Of a stretch of DNA of 64,000 nt, positions 17,687-27,903 are shown piece after piece. Under the pieces are notes generated by a model, which worked only from the letters and a program-made list of their open reading frames with translations, was not told the DNA's origin and did not search any database. Source of the stretch: a virus. Lineage: Duplodnaviria; Caudoviricetes. Both the position numbers and the translations under genes were made by a program. The stretch lies in the IMG/VR virus record IMGVR_UViG_3300027751_000004, positions 56,034 to 120,033 of that record; one strand, given 5' to 3'. Position 1 is the stretch's first letter. Each line of letters begins with the position of its first letter.

Positions 17687-19171
17687 TTAAATCTCGTCTT
17701 CTTCGCCATATTTATCTTTTTCATCTTCGATTTGTTTATCGATGTCTTCGATATTTTCGTCGTTCTGCTTCAAGATATTCTTACGAACCCAATCTACAGA
17801 ATAGTATTTACCTACAAACTCATCAAGTTCCCTTAATGTGTTTACACGCTCACGTAAAATCTCAGCTTCTTTCAGTTCCGCAAAGTAAGTGTCGCTTATG
17901 AAGTCAACAACTATCTCTTCTTTCATCCACTCCCAGTCTTCACGAGTAACAATACCCTTTAGTATAAGTTGTACTTTAAGAGCCTGCATGAATACATCGG
18001 AGAAACGTCGACGAATCTTGTCGATAAACCGTTGGAATTTAACTTCGTCTCTGGTAATCTCTGATGTTCTACCTAATGAGAATTGAGCTTCTTGCTCTAG
18101 ACGGCTAATTGGAACATTTAGTGCACGATATGTTTTCTTCTGGAAGTATAGAATATCATCTATCTGTCCAAGGTTCTCTCCTCCAGGAAGCGTAGTAATC
18201 TCTGTTCCACGACCACCCTCACGACGAGGCAACCAAAAATCTTCAAGCATAGACATATGCTTTCTATCATCTCTAATCTCACCAGTCTGAGCATCGTAAA
18301 CCATTTTGTTACGATAGTTGCTCATGATAGATCTGAGATACTCTTCAGCTTTACCTTTTGGCAAATTACCAACGTCGATATAGAATACTCGACGTTCTGG
18401 CGCACGTGATAAACGGTAGATAACTAGAGCATCTTCCATCATGCGTAATTGGTTAGCTGGCTTGATAGCTTTATCTAGATAACCAAGAACCATATCTCGT
18501 TTAGCGGATAATAAACCAGAAGGGACAAAGATAATAGAATCCTTTGCTATCTTAAGACCTTGACCGCTCTTAGACATATTTCCGTCTTGATATAAGAAGT
18601 ATTCTTCTATACCAGTAACGATTTTAGCGCCAGTCTTTTCATCTTTTTCTTCTATGACTTCTTTGATCTTTCTTATCTTGGTAGGATCGATCGGGCGTAG
18701 TTCTAAAATACCACGCTTTGGAGATTTTTCGTCAATGATTATATGATAGAATAATCTACCATCAATATACCATCTTCTGAATATGTCATTACCAGATGAA
18801 GAGAAACTCATTTTAGCTACAAGTTTCTCGAATTCATCTCTTATTATTTTCTTAATTCTGTCTGGTTGCTCTAAACCATTAAGGTTAATATCAACTGGAG
18901 CACCATCTTCGACAGAGACAATCGACTCATTAATAATATCTTCAATAGCAGCATCTACTTCTGGGATCTGAGATATTTCACGATATTTTGAAATGAGGTC
19001 ACCTTCATTCTTGGCGTTACCGCCAGACATGTCTAGGTATTGACCATAATGACCGCCAGCTTTAATTACACCAGAGCCATCGTCTTCCATAGGTGCGACA
19101 AATGAACGCTTCTTAGCTTCCTCTTTATCCTCACCCTTTCGTTTTATTTCAAATCCAAATAAATCAGCCAT
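17687..19171 (-). CDS. gp20: Portal vertex protein
   Basis: LFGF.I, FRRWYIDGR, NQLRMMEDALVIYR.SRAPERR.FYIDVGNLPK.KAE, EDFWLPRREGGRGTEI.TLPGG. Confidence 0.98.
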   Translation of the reverse strand: MADLFGFEIKRKGEDKEEAKKRSFVAPMEDDGSGVIKAGGHYGQYLDMSGGNAKNEGDLISKYREISQIPEVDAAIEDIINESIVSVEDGAPVDINLNGLEQPDRIKKIIRDEFEKLVAKMSFSSSGNDIFRRWYIDGRLFYHIIIDEKSPKRGILELRPIDPTKIRKIKEVIEEKDEKTGAKIVTGIEEYFLYQDGNMSKSGQGLKIAKDSIIFVPSGLLSAKRDMVLGYLDKAIKPANQLRMMEDALVIYRLSRAPERRVFYIDVGNLPKGKAEEYLRSIMSNYRNKMVYDAQTGEIRDDRKHMSMLEDFWLPRREGGRGTEITTLPGGENLGQIDDILYFQKKTYRALNVPISRLEQEAQFSLGRTSEITRDEVKFQRFIDKIRRRFSDVFMQALKVQLILKGIVTREDWEWMKEEIVVDFISDTYFAELKEAEILRERVNTLRELDEFVGKYYSVDWVRKNILKQNDENIEDIDKQIEDEKDKYGEEDEI

Positions 19172-19208
19172 TTATATTTCCCACAATTATTCACTAATAT
19201 TGAAGATA

Positions 19209-19234
19209 TTACTTGGGGGCGAACCCCCAAGTAA
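19209..19234 (-). other. 11-bp perfect UUCG-loop hairpin in the gp19-gp20 intergenic region
   Basis: TTACTTGGGGG-TTCG-CCCCCAAGTAA on the minus strand; no U-tract follows. Confidence 0.85.
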
Positions 19235-19247
19235 CATTGCCTACTTT

Positions 19248-19254
19248 TATTTAG
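19248..19254 (-). promoter_or_regulatory. Variant late promoter (CTAAATA) for portal
   Basis: GCTAAATA just after the gp19 stop codon. Confidence 0.55.
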
Positions 19255-19260
19255 CCACCA

Positions 19261-19785
19261 TTAGCTAGTTGTGTTTGCTTCCCAGTATTGAACCTGGAAT
19301 TCACAAGTGAACTCTTCGATGGTGTTTTCAGTTTCGTATGAAACGTCAATTGCTGATACGTTAGTTGGGAAACAACCACGGAAGTTATAAGTCTTTAATG
19401 AGTTTCCGTTTTTGTCCAACTGTTCAACTTTCAGGTCAGCTTGATAATCAGCTGGGTTATTTCTACCAGCGTTAGTCTTGTGACCGTTGATTGCGTTCAT
19501 CCATGATTCCATGGAGTTACGAACAGCGAAGTTAGTATCATTGATAACAGTAATTGTCCAAGGTTCGAAAGTACGATCACCTGCAACTTGCAGCTGACGA
19601 CCACGGAATGGAACAGTTACTGGGGCGATGATAGAAGCTGGTAATTGAGCAGCTTTAATCATGAATGACGAAAGTTCTACGTCACCCTGTACGCCTGATG
19701 GGAAATTTACAGTAGCTTTAAAGAGATTAGTTCTTGCTCCGCCACCAACTAGTTTAGCTTTGAATGAATCTACACCGAGTGTCAT
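19261..19785 (-). CDS. gp19: Tail tube protein
   Basis: GGAR.NLF, FRGR...AGDRTF..WT.T..ND..F.VR, IEEF. Confidence 0.95.
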   Translation of the reverse strand: MTLGVDSFKAKLVGGGARTNLFKATVNFPSGVQGDVELSSFMIKAAQLPASIIAPVTVPFRGRQLQVAGDRTFEPWTITVINDTNFAVRNSMESWMNAINGHKTNAGRNNPADYQADLKVEQLDKNGNSLKTYNFRGCFPTNVSAIDVSYETENTIEEFTCEFQVQYWEANTTS

Positions 19786-19786
19786 A

Positions 19787-21877
19787 TTAGCCTCCTACGA
19801 TCTCTGAGAAGTCAACACCAGTTCGGGCAGCAACAAAGCTCAGAGTAATAAAGTTAATAGAACGTGCAGGCTTGATGTAAATATCAGAGACAAAGCGATT
19901 AGTATCAATCACTTCACCAGTGTTATTAGTTTCATCACAAACTACACGGAAATCGGTGATACCACGTCTACCTTGTACATCACGCAAGAAAGGCTCAACT
20001 AGGTTCAAGAACTGCGCACGAGTGAATTCATCATTGAACTCAAATAGCGAGAACTTAGAAGCAGTAGCAATTGCTTTCTCGATAGTAATGAATAAGCGAC
20101 GAACATTGATTCGATCAAACGCAGATGGTTTGGCAAGGGCAGTCTTATCACCGAATAATAGAGTGCCTTCTCCAGGGAACGATACAATAGGATTGACTCG
20201 TGCCTTGTAAAGCGAATCACGCTCTGCTTGTTTAGGGTTAAATGCTAGTTTAGCAAAAGTACGAATTTGACCACGGTTCGGACCAGCAGGTGAGAACCAA
20301 GAATCAGCTACGCTATCAGTATTAGCACATAGACCAGCAACAGCACCTGAAGCAGATACCCAACGATAAACATCGTTATACTTGTCATACATGTAACCAG
20401 CAGTAGAATCCATAACTGCATAAGAACTAGAAGTGATACCAGCAGCACCATCGCCATTAGCCCACTTCAATACTTCGCCTTTAGGATCGTTAGTACCAAC
20501 AGTAGCAGTAATTGGAGGAGATACGAAAGCAACACAATCTTTACGTTTTTCAGCTAGAGCAATTACTAGGTTAGCTTGCGCTGTAGAAAGATCACCACCA
20601 ATAATTAAGTTAACATCAATGCTTTCGGAATCTTCGAACGCAGATGTTAAAGCAGCAACTCGTTGCCCCTCAAGTGCTTCGGCATTAGAGCCACCAGCTA
20701 GAGAGATTGAGCTTGCTGTAGAACCAAAAGTAGAAAGGGGATTTGCTGCCCAAACGTACTCAGAGGAACGATTAATGACTTCAACATAATAGTTATTAGT
20801 ACCATCAGATTTTTTGTCGCCAGAATTCTTGCCTAGATATGCATATGTTTCTAGTACACTATCAGCAGAACCAGTCCATGAACCATCTTCATCAACTACA
20901 ACAACGTGAACTTCACCATTATCTGGCGCAGTATCAAATTCGCCAGCAAAAGCAGTGAAAGAAGCATCTTCAAAACTTTGATGATCAGCAACTACAACTT
21001 TTAAAGAGTTACCCAATTCTCCTGGATATCTTGCTACCCAAGCACCAGCGGAAGCCAAGCTAATAGAGTCTTTATGATCTTCGTTCTTAACTTTAACACC
21101 AGCTTGCGCTAGAGTTGCTGTTGCTGTTGCAGCTTCTGATGAACCAGATACAGTTAATGTAACAGAAGGTGCTGAATCATATCCATCACCGCCAGCAGTT
21201 ACTGTAATTGACTCTATACCAAGAGAAGTGATGTTTATCTGAGCACCAGTACCTGTACCGCCTGAAGTGGCAACAGCAGATTGACTACCCACTGAAGTAT
21301 AAGAACCACCGCTTTGTACGCTTACAGTACTAACAGCACCCGAAACATCTACAGCAGTTACTGTTATCTGTGCTTCTGTACCAGCACCAAGGTTAATAGT
21401 TAATACGTCATCTACCGAATAACCAGTACCTGTACCACCACCTGCAGCACTTGCGGTAAGAACTTTAAGTTTAGCTGTTGCTTCAGCATCATTTGCTGAA
21501 TTGCCTGAATCACTAGCACCTATAGTAACTGTAGGTACTGATGTATAACCAGCTCCAGGAGTATCTACTGAAATAGTAGAAACAGAATCTGAAGCAGAAG
21601 TTGCGTTTAACAAACCAGTTGCATCGGCACGGACGACACGAAGATCGCTACCATATGCCAAAAATTGTGAAGCGGTGAGGAAAGACTTAGCAGTAATATC
21701 GTCTGGGCGACCAAACTTAGCTACGAGATCTTTCTCTGATCCGACTTGTACAACTTTATCAACTGGTCCCCAAACGAAAGAGCCAGCGTAAGCACCAATA
21801 GAGGTGGATACGGCTGGTACAACATTTGTCAGGTCAACTTCTTTAACCTGAACTCCTGGAGATACTTGAAAAGCCAT
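19787..21877 (-). CDS. gp18: Contractile tail sheath protein with inserted beta-rich domains
   Basis: MAFQVSPGV...E.D, F.WGP, WFSPAG.NRG, FDRINVRRLF, FEFND.FTR, IKPARSINFI; start placed at MAFQ after GAGG. Confidence 0.97.
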   Translation of the reverse strand: MAFQVSPGVQVKEVDLTNVVPAVSTSIGAYAGSFVWGPVDKVVQVGSEKDLVAKFGRPDDITAKSFLTASQFLAYGSDLRVVRADATGLLNATSASDSVSTISVDTPGAGYTSVPTVTIGASDSGNSANDAEATAKLKVLTASAAGGGTGTGYSVDDVLTINLGAGTEAQITVTAVDVSGAVSTVSVQSGGSYTSVGSQSAVATSGGTGTGAQINITSLGIESITVTAGGDGYDSAPSVTLTVSGSSEAATATATLAQAGVKVKNEDHKDSISLASAGAWVARYPGELGNSLKVVVADHQSFEDASFTAFAGEFDTAPDNGEVHVVVVDEDGSWTGSADSVLETYAYLGKNSGDKKSDGTNNYYVEVINRSSEYVWAANPLSTFGSTASSISLAGGSNAEALEGQRVAALTSAFEDSESIDVNLIIGGDLSTAQANLVIALAEKRKDCVAFVSPPITATVGTNDPKGEVLKWANGDGAAGITSSSYAVMDSTAGYMYDKYNDVYRWVSASGAVAGLCANTDSVADSWFSPAGPNRGQIRTFAKLAFNPKQAERDSLYKARVNPIVSFPGEGTLLFGDKTALAKPSAFDRINVRRLFITIEKAIATASKFSLFEFNDEFTRAQFLNLVEPFLRDVQGRRGITDFRVVCDETNNTGEVIDTNRFVSDIYIKPARSINFITLSFVAARTGVDFSEIVGG

Positions 21878-21942
21878 TTTGGAATTCCTCATTAAATTAA
21901 ATTTATTTTACAAGAGAGCATAATACGAATATTCAACACAAG

Positions 21943-21950
21943 TATTTATA
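21943..21950 (-). promoter_or_regulatory. T4-type late promoter (gp18-gp19)
   Basis: TATAAATA directly after the gp17 stop. Confidence 0.85.
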
Positions 21951-21953
21951 CAA

Positions 21954-23555
21954 TTAGAAAAGTCCAGTATTGCTGTCGACAATCCACCTTTGACCAGTAG
22001 AGTCTACTTCAACCTCTTCTGCTTTCCCATCGTCCATAAATCCAAATGGTAACATATCCTGCTCTATTGCTTTTAATTGTTCTTCATATAACATTCCCTT
22101 GATATCAATATCAGACATTTCCCCGAAGAACGGAGTAGTGATAAACCAACCAAACATTACTAGGTTCATCACTAAGTCGTCATGATTGTTGTCGCTGGCT
22201 TCAAAAGAAGACCCCCTTGCGACAAACGTAGACAATTCTAATATAGTCTCTGAATCTACGATTTCTAGTTTTAACTGTTCTACTAAATCCTTCATATTAG
22301 AACAGCCAATTCTTTTTACCTTTTTGTTCATTGTAACACCGATTGAACCTGCTTTTACCATAGATTCAACATGAGTATTCTCATACTCTAGGTCATAATA
22401 CAACCCATTAGCAACTACCGCCCCCTGATCATTACTCTCTATTATAACATACGCCTCATTGTAAGTCATCGCATATTTGTAAATGATATCAGGGAACAAC
22501 AATGGTGAGATCATATTATTTCTATAAATCGCCACCTGCTTAAATGGCTTGACACTAGTGTCGATAATATTGAATGTAGAATAATCTCTACCCCGACCCT
22601 TTGCTACGTCTACGCACATGATGTAATTATGATCGACTTGGGGTCGTTCAAATACCTTTATACCATCCTGTTGATAAATCGGAGAAGACGCTTTCATCGC
22701 CATAAGTTTATCTGGGGAAATGAGAGTATTACCAGTACCATGGAAAGTGTTACCAAACTCTTGTTCAAACTGTAACTCGGATGTGTTGGCTACGGTTTGT
22801 TTCTTCCATTCTTCGTCTCTTCCAGGAACATCCCACCAATCAACCCTGAATGGTTTATATTCGTTCGTTCCTTGTACTGCTCCTTCCCATAACTTTTGGT
22901 ATACGTTACCAATACCATTTGCCGTAGAAGTTATGATAACTCTAGAAGTTTTACCCGAAGAAACAACTGGATATGTACTAGTATAGAACTGACCTGCATT
23001 CTCTACAAACGCAAACTCGTCAAGGAATAGTAAGTTAACCGACATACCACGAATAGAAGATCCGCTAGTCGCAGAGGCAATAATCCTTGAATTGTTACTA
23101 AATTCTATGGAACCCTTGTTCAGAGTTTTACATCCAGGTTGCAAAAAGAAAGGTAAGTTTTCGAGAGCAAGCGTGATACGAGTTAGCATTTCTCTCGCAG
23201 TAGCACCCTTGTTTGCTAGGATTGCTACAGTTTTCTCTGGATTGAATAGTGCATACCAAAGTAGATACACAACCGAACTGATAGACTTGCCCGATTGCCG
23301 ACAAGCTAATACGATAGAAAATCTACTGTCTTGAAAATGATCGAACATGTTCTTTTGGTAGGGGTATAAATTGAATGGAACAAGACCCTTGTCGAGAGAA
23401 ACGACTTTCACGTAGGTTTCGGCGAAGTATGAAGGATCTTCCATACAACGTTTGTATTCTGAGATCTCTTGGACGCTCCAGTTTTGCTCAACCCCATCAC
23501 GCTTTACATTAGGGTTGCCTAGATATCCAAGGTCGCTATTCTTGACCTTCTGCAT
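21954..23555 (-). CDS. gp17: Terminase large subunit
   Basis: YLGNPN, RQSGKS (Walker A), FLDEFAF (Walker B), TSTANG, DVAKG.G.DYS, HDDLVM. Confidence 0.97.
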   Translation of the reverse strand: MQKVKNSDLGYLGNPNVKRDGVEQNWSVQEISEYKRCMEDPSYFAETYVKVVSLDKGLVPFNLYPYQKNMFDHFQDSRFSIVLACRQSGKSISSVVYLLWYALFNPEKTVAILANKGATAREMLTRITLALENLPFFLQPGCKTLNKGSIEFSNNSRIIASATSGSSIRGMSVNLLFLDEFAFVENAGQFYTSTYPVVSSGKTSRVIITSTANGIGNVYQKLWEGAVQGTNEYKPFRVDWWDVPGRDEEWKKQTVANTSELQFEQEFGNTFHGTGNTLISPDKLMAMKASSPIYQQDGIKVFERPQVDHNYIMCVDVAKGRGRDYSTFNIIDTSVKPFKQVAIYRNNMISPLLFPDIIYKYAMTYNEAYVIIESNDQGAVVANGLYYDLEYENTHVESMVKAGSIGVTMNKKVKRIGCSNMKDLVEQLKLEIVDSETILELSTFVARGSSFEASDNNHDDLVMNLVMFGWFITTPFFGEMSDIDIKGMLYEEQLKAIEQDMLPFGFMDDGKAEEVEVDSTGQRWIVDSNTGLF

Positions 23556-23889
23556 CTATTTCCTTTTCTTCTCGCCTTTGATGTAGCATTTTCTGTAGAT
23601 CTGTAGCTGAACCGACAAACACATTATTTTGAGTTAGTTGTTTTGGTTGTTCTAACGCTTCGGCTTTATCTACTTCTTTCTTTTGCTTTTGTAGATGCAT
23701 TAGCTTGTCTGAAACGTCAGCAGTATTTTTGATCATGCCAGAAAGAACTTCAAATGCACGAGGATGCTCACTCTCACGAGCAAGGTCTAACATCAAGTCA
23801 ATCGCCTCTTGCCCCTTTTCGACTAACTCGTAATAGTTAGTTCTTGCAAAGGAGTAATCATCATTAACATCATCTTTTTCGTTACTCAT
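23536..23889 (-). CDS. gp16: Terminase small subunit
   Basis: DY..AR.N...L, ESEHPRAFEV, NN.FVGS..DLQ. Confidence 0.92.
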   Translation of the reverse strand: MSNEKDDVNDDYSFARTNYYELVEKGQEAIDLMLDLARESEHPRAFEVLSGMIKNTADVSDKLMHLQKQKKEVDKAEALEQPKQLTQNNVFVGSATDLQKMLHQRREEKEIDAEGQE

Positions 23890-23890
23890 A

Positions 23891-24868
23891 TTAATTAACC
23901 GTGTAATTGGTGACCTCAACAGTCGTACTAGTATTTAGACCTACTAGATTTTCTCCAATTTGCGGGAACCCTTCCAAATTCGTAAGGGTAAATGTAGTTT
24001 CGTTAGCGGTTTCGTCATAGGCTCTTGCCACCAAACCATAGATCGCTGTGGTTTCCCCCAAGAATGGTTCATTTGACCCAAACCCTGAAGCGATATCCCC
24101 AGAGACTGTCATAGTAATAGAAGTTACTGTTGGTATGAAGTCCTTAGATTCAACAATACCGAAATTGTCTGTCCCATCAGATCCAAATGGAGCCACTCGA
24201 GTGTTTAAGTTTTCTATGTGAGCATCATCTTCTGCATTAAGGAAAGTAACCTCTGTAGCTTTAACCAGTTTATTCGTAGCAGCACTACCAAAGAACTTAA
24301 CACGCATTGTAAAGTCTAGAGTATAGACTAGTACACGCCTTGCTTCGAAGTCCCCTTCATAGTCATCAGAGATAGAAACTCCCTCTAAAGAAATAGGGAC
24401 ATCTGTATTTTGATCTACGCCATCTACAAGTTTAGCTGAGACTGTATACTCTGGTTGGAATATAGGAAGTATTTGTTCTAGTATTTGTAGTCCTTCGTCT
24501 TGGTTCTTAGCCAAGATGTTTAACTGCATACCAATTTTATAGGGTACAAAAGAAACGCTATCCGCAGAATCCCCTGTTTGATTAGTTACTAGTTTGTTAA
24601 ATCGGTTTAGTTTAGACTCGGTGTCATATGTCAGAGAAGTAATCTCAAACGACAAACGTGGGATCTTGATTGCTATTTTAGAAGAAGAAAGATCTCTTTG
24701 CCCCTCAATCCTAGCAATAAACTTTTGTTTTGGTCCATAAGAAAGCGGAACCTTTACTATCTGACCAGAAGTACCGCTCTGACGAATAATGTTTATATCG
24801 TTAAACAGAGTACCAAATATGGCTACCGATTTTCTTAGAATAGCATGATAAAAATGACCACCAAACAT
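23891..24868 (-). CDS. gp15: Tail sheath terminator/stabiliser
   Basis: FYH...RK....FGTLFN.I, VPLSYGPKQKF, PR.SFE, EQILP.FQP, DDYEGDF. Confidence 0.93.
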   Translation of the reverse strand: MFGGHFYHAILRKSVAIFGTLFNDINIIRQSGTSGQIVKVPLSYGPKQKFIARIEGQRDLSSSKIAIKIPRLSFEITSLTYDTESKLNRFNKLVTNQTGDSADSVSFVPYKIGMQLNILAKNQDEGLQILEQILPIFQPEYTVSAKLVDGVDQNTDVPISLEGVSISDDYEGDFEARRVLVYTLDFTMRVKFFGSAATNKLVKATEVTFLNAEDDAHIENLNTRVAPFGSDGTDNFGIVESKDFIPTVTSITMTVSGDIASGFGSNEPFLGETTAIYGLVARAYDETANETTFTLTNLEGFPQIGENLVGLNTSTTVEVTNYTVN

Positions 24869-25776
24869 TAGAAGTCTCCAAATGGGTTTGATTCAGTAAA
24901 GTCAAGAACGGCTGCAGCTTCAGTTTCTATTTCATAGTTCTTAGCGTAGTTATCTTGAACGGATTCTTCTGTAGCACCCTCCATATCTTTAATAGCTGTA
25001 ATAGTGCCAGAGCCACCAGATACTTCTGTTGTAACACTACCGCCAACAGTAAACTGGTGATACTTACTATCGCTAGTTCTTATGCTGTGAAGGTAAATCT
25101 TAGAAGTTGTACTAGAAGCAATATCTTTATATGAAGCAATCGCTCCAGAGATAGTAACCCCATCTTCTAGATTTTCAGTAATATTCTCGCCTATGATAAA
25201 GTCTGTCCCAGCAATACCGCTGATAGTAAGTTCTTGCTGATAGGCAAATAGGTTACTAATATTGTCAACTTCAGTATTACCAGTATCGAACTTCTCATCG
25301 CCAAACTCATAAAGAGAGCAGATAAGCTGATAAGTCGGTAAGTTTTGGAGTTGATAGAAAGGTTTCTCATGCTCAACTTTATCGATCTGGAAGAAAGACT
25401 TAGACATAGGAAGATAAATTAGATCTCCCTCATTAGGTCTGTAGTTAGTCAACTCATTATTGAAGACACCTACGGATTGTTCCCAGCGTCTTTTAGATAC
25501 CACAAACGTTGCCGTATCTCTAATCTCTAACCCGAACTTGGTCATAAGTTCGCTTTCACCACCGAATCCTTCGGGGTTTTCGATATACATCTCTAATGTA
25601 TATGAATCGTCAAATTGAGATTCTACAGTTTCGCCCAGAATGTAATCACGCTCTACGATGTTTCTTGGTAGATAATAGACATCCTGCCCATACATTTTTA
25701 AAGATTCAATTACGATATCTTCGTATAGGTTTTGTTCGCTTTTTACTGCGGGCGAAAAATATACATTAGTAGCCAT
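24868..25776 (-). CDS. gp14: Neck protein
   Basis: EQ.L.ED...ES...YG.DVYY.PR, KFG, RPNEGDLIY.P, PFYQL, DFTESNPFG. Confidence 0.93.
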   Translation of the reverse strand: MATNVYFSPAVKSEQNLYEDIVIESLKMYGQDVYYLPRNIVERDYILGETVESQFDDSYTLEMYIENPEGFGGESELMTKFGLEIRDTATFVVSKRRWEQSVGVFNNELTNYRPNEGDLIYLPMSKSFFQIDKVEHEKPFYQLQNLPTYQLICSLYEFGDEKFDTGNTEVDNISNLFAYQQELTISGIAGTDFIIGENITENLEDGVTISGAIASYKDIASSTTSKIYLHSIRTSDSKYHQFTVGGSVTTEVSGGSGTITAIKDMEGATEESVQDNYAKNYEIETEAAAVLDFTESNPFGDF

Positions 25777-25779
25777 CTT

Positions 25780-26538
25780 TTACCCCATGAAGAAATTAAC
25801 TGGTAACTCGTGAGTTAACCTTACTTGTTCTTCTAGCTTCTCTAGGTCTTGCATTGCATCCTCATATATCTGACGACCGTTAATCGTCACTCCTCCAGGA
25901 AGTTGCATACCTTCAAACTTTATTAGGTTAGCACCCCATTGTTTCTTGATAAGAGCAGTTGAATATCTTTTAAGGAACATATCGTTCCAAATAGAGGTAG
26001 AACCTGCAGCCCCATCATAAGGAGCAACGTGCATAGTTGCTGCTACGATGATAATACCCCCCACTTTAAGGTCTTCTTCGCCAACATCAAGATATATTTT
26101 ATTCTCGTGGCGTGCCCACCTAATAAGTTCGCTCGCACCAGAACCTATTTTCATATCATACATAGCTAGATTTTGCTGTACCATTTCATAGTAAGCAAGA
26201 TTGCCAAGGTTTCCTAACTGATAAACATCGTTCAGGTGCATCTGATATTTAACATCAAACATGTTAAAGCCAGCATCTTCGGCGATAGGTAAGATGCGCT
26301 CTACAAAGATAACTGAATCGGCTACAGTTATAAACTTATTAGTTACATCATCGGCAGTAATCGTATGCGGAATAAACATCTTCTTGGTAGCATCTGAATG
26401 GTATTCTTGATAGAATTGTAATGCTTCGTCGATTCTTTCTTCTGCTTGATCAGGGTCAACGTTTATCTCGATTACTGGATCGCCCAACTGCCTAAAACAG
26501 TAGTCGATTAAATCTTGCCTAGATGCTGGGGTTGCCAT
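25780..26538 (-). CDS. gp13: Neck protein
   Basis: L..YC.R.LG.PVIEINV, KQWG.NL.KF.G.QLPGG.T.NG. Confidence 0.94.
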   Translation of the reverse strand: MATPASRQDLIDYCFRQLGDPVIEINVDPDQAEERIDEALQFYQEYHSDATKKMFIPHTITADDVTNKFITVADSVIFVERILPIAEDAGFNMFDVKYQMHLNDVYQLGNLGNLAYYEMVQQNLAMYDMKIGSGASELIRWARHENKIYLDVGEEDLKVGGIIIVAATMHVAPYDGAAGSTSIWNDMFLKRYSTALIKKQWGANLIKFEGMQLPGGVTINGRQIYEDAMQDLEKLEEQVRLTHELPVNFFMG

Positions 26539-26580
26539 ATGAAATAGTCCTAGATTAAATTATTTAATATCTTCTAAGTC

Positions 26581-26588
26581 TATTTATA
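26581..26588 (-). promoter_or_regulatory. T4-type late promoter (gp13-gp17)
   Basis: TATAAATA about 42 nt upstream of gp13. Confidence 0.85.
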
Positions 26589-26641
26589 CTTTTTAAAAGG
26601 CTAGGGGTCAATCAAATGATAGCAAATGTTATATATTGTAC

Positions 26642-27901
26642 CTAACTAAGACCGATAAACTCAAACTTTAAAAAAGCTAAAGAATGACAGTCCACTCCAT
26701 ACCAAACTTCTACGGTGTCCCCATCGTTTAAATAAAATAACGGTGATCGAGCATGATAATATATGTTTGCCTGTTGAGCTGGATTTGATACACCGCTGGT
26801 TTCAAAGTATCCGTACCCCATATTATCTCCAGTTAGAGAAGTGAGGAATGGATTAGGTATTCTCCCAGTACCACTACTACCAGTTCTGCCAAAGTTAACA
26901 GAATTATTATAAAATATAGTAAATTTTCCGTTCGAACCGTTATTGCTATGATACACCGATTCCTCAGTGCCCCCACTATTGTGCCATTCATCGGGGTTGG
27001 AAGATGATGGAAGTTGGGCAATCTTGGTTTTCCATCCACTATTTGTTGATGTAGTTGACCCAAACGTGTCAATATCATGAAACGTACCGTTAATAGAATA
27101 TCCGAAAATTTGAGCATCTCCACGATAATATGTTGCCGAACCGTCTCTTTTACCCGAAATGTGCAAATACTTTGATGCGGATGTACCACTATACGTCAAC
27201 TTTACCCTTCTTACAAATAGTAAAGGGTTATTGGTGATTGTGCTTGAAGAGGAACCAACCCCACCAAGTTCGGAAGTATTAGGAATAGCAGTGTCGGTAT
27301 ATGAATTTGTGCCAGTGTAGGTTACAGGTATTCCGCCCAAGTTACGTTCTTTACCATAAAAGTCGTCAAAATCGATGGTGGACAAATTAGTGGTCTCTTC
27401 TGCTATTACTCTCACATCCGTGTCATTCAGTCTGATTGTTTCACCAAAAGTATCATCAAGAAGAATCCCAACATTGTTGTGAAATTTTGACCCAGACTCA
27501 TTTCCGAGTGTTATTGGTTGAACAGCATCGGTCGAAGTTGATGTGGAGTATGAACCACTAATCTGAAGAATTCTATTACTTGATGTATTAAGGTAACACT
27601 GAAAAGAACCAGTACTAGACGAACCGAAATTAAGTTTTAAGATGCTAAAGTGATGACCAGTAGTTTTCTGTACTGATGTAGTTAAAGAATCTACTGTACA
27701 GTTTAGAAGAGGATATGTGGAAGTTCCTGGCACACCAATAGTCTTGACGTAAGCAGTGATTGTTTGACCACTATACACTGTCAAACCAACACCAGTTCCA
27801 GCAGTAGCAGTTGTATCGCTTTGGTATCTTATGTCACTTTCTAAGATAAATTCGTCGGCTTCCTGTAAACGACCTCTAACCGTCATTATAGATGCTGACA
27901 T
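26642..27901 (-). CDS. Putative fibre-tip/adhesin protein with a MAM-like C-terminal region
   Basis: 419 aa, S/T/G-rich; last gene of a fibre operon; I.L.D.DVR...DFYGK motif and GRTGSSGTG...GYGYFETSG...RSP segment. Confidence 0.5.
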   Translation of the reverse strand: MSASIMTVRGRLQEADEFILESDIRYQSDTTATAGTGVGLTVYSGQTITAYVKTIGVPGTSTYPLLNCTVDSLTTSVQKTTGHHFSILKLNFGSSSTGSFQCYLNTSSNRILQISGSYSTSTSTDAVQPITLGNESGSKFHNNVGILLDDTFGETIRLNDTDVRVIAEETTNLSTIDFDDFYGKERNLGGIPVTYTGTNSYTDTAIPNTSELGGVGSSSSTITNNPLLFVRRVKLTYSGTSASKYLHISGKRDGSATYYRGDAQIFGYSINGTFHDIDTFGSTTSTNSGWKTKIAQLPSSSNPDEWHNSGGTEESVYHSNNGSNGKFTIFYNNSVNFGRTGSSGTGRIPNPFLTSLTGDNMGYGYFETSGVSNPAQQANIYYHARSPLFYLNDGDTVEVWYGVDCHSLAFLKFEFIGLS

Positions 27902-27903
27902 TA

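Noticed and set aside
7569-23555. Introns, inteins or homing endonucleases in gp46, uvsW, gp23, gp20 or gp17
   Set aside because: All ORFs are continuous and of ordinary length; no LAGLIDADG, HNH, GIY-YIG or intein motifs seen
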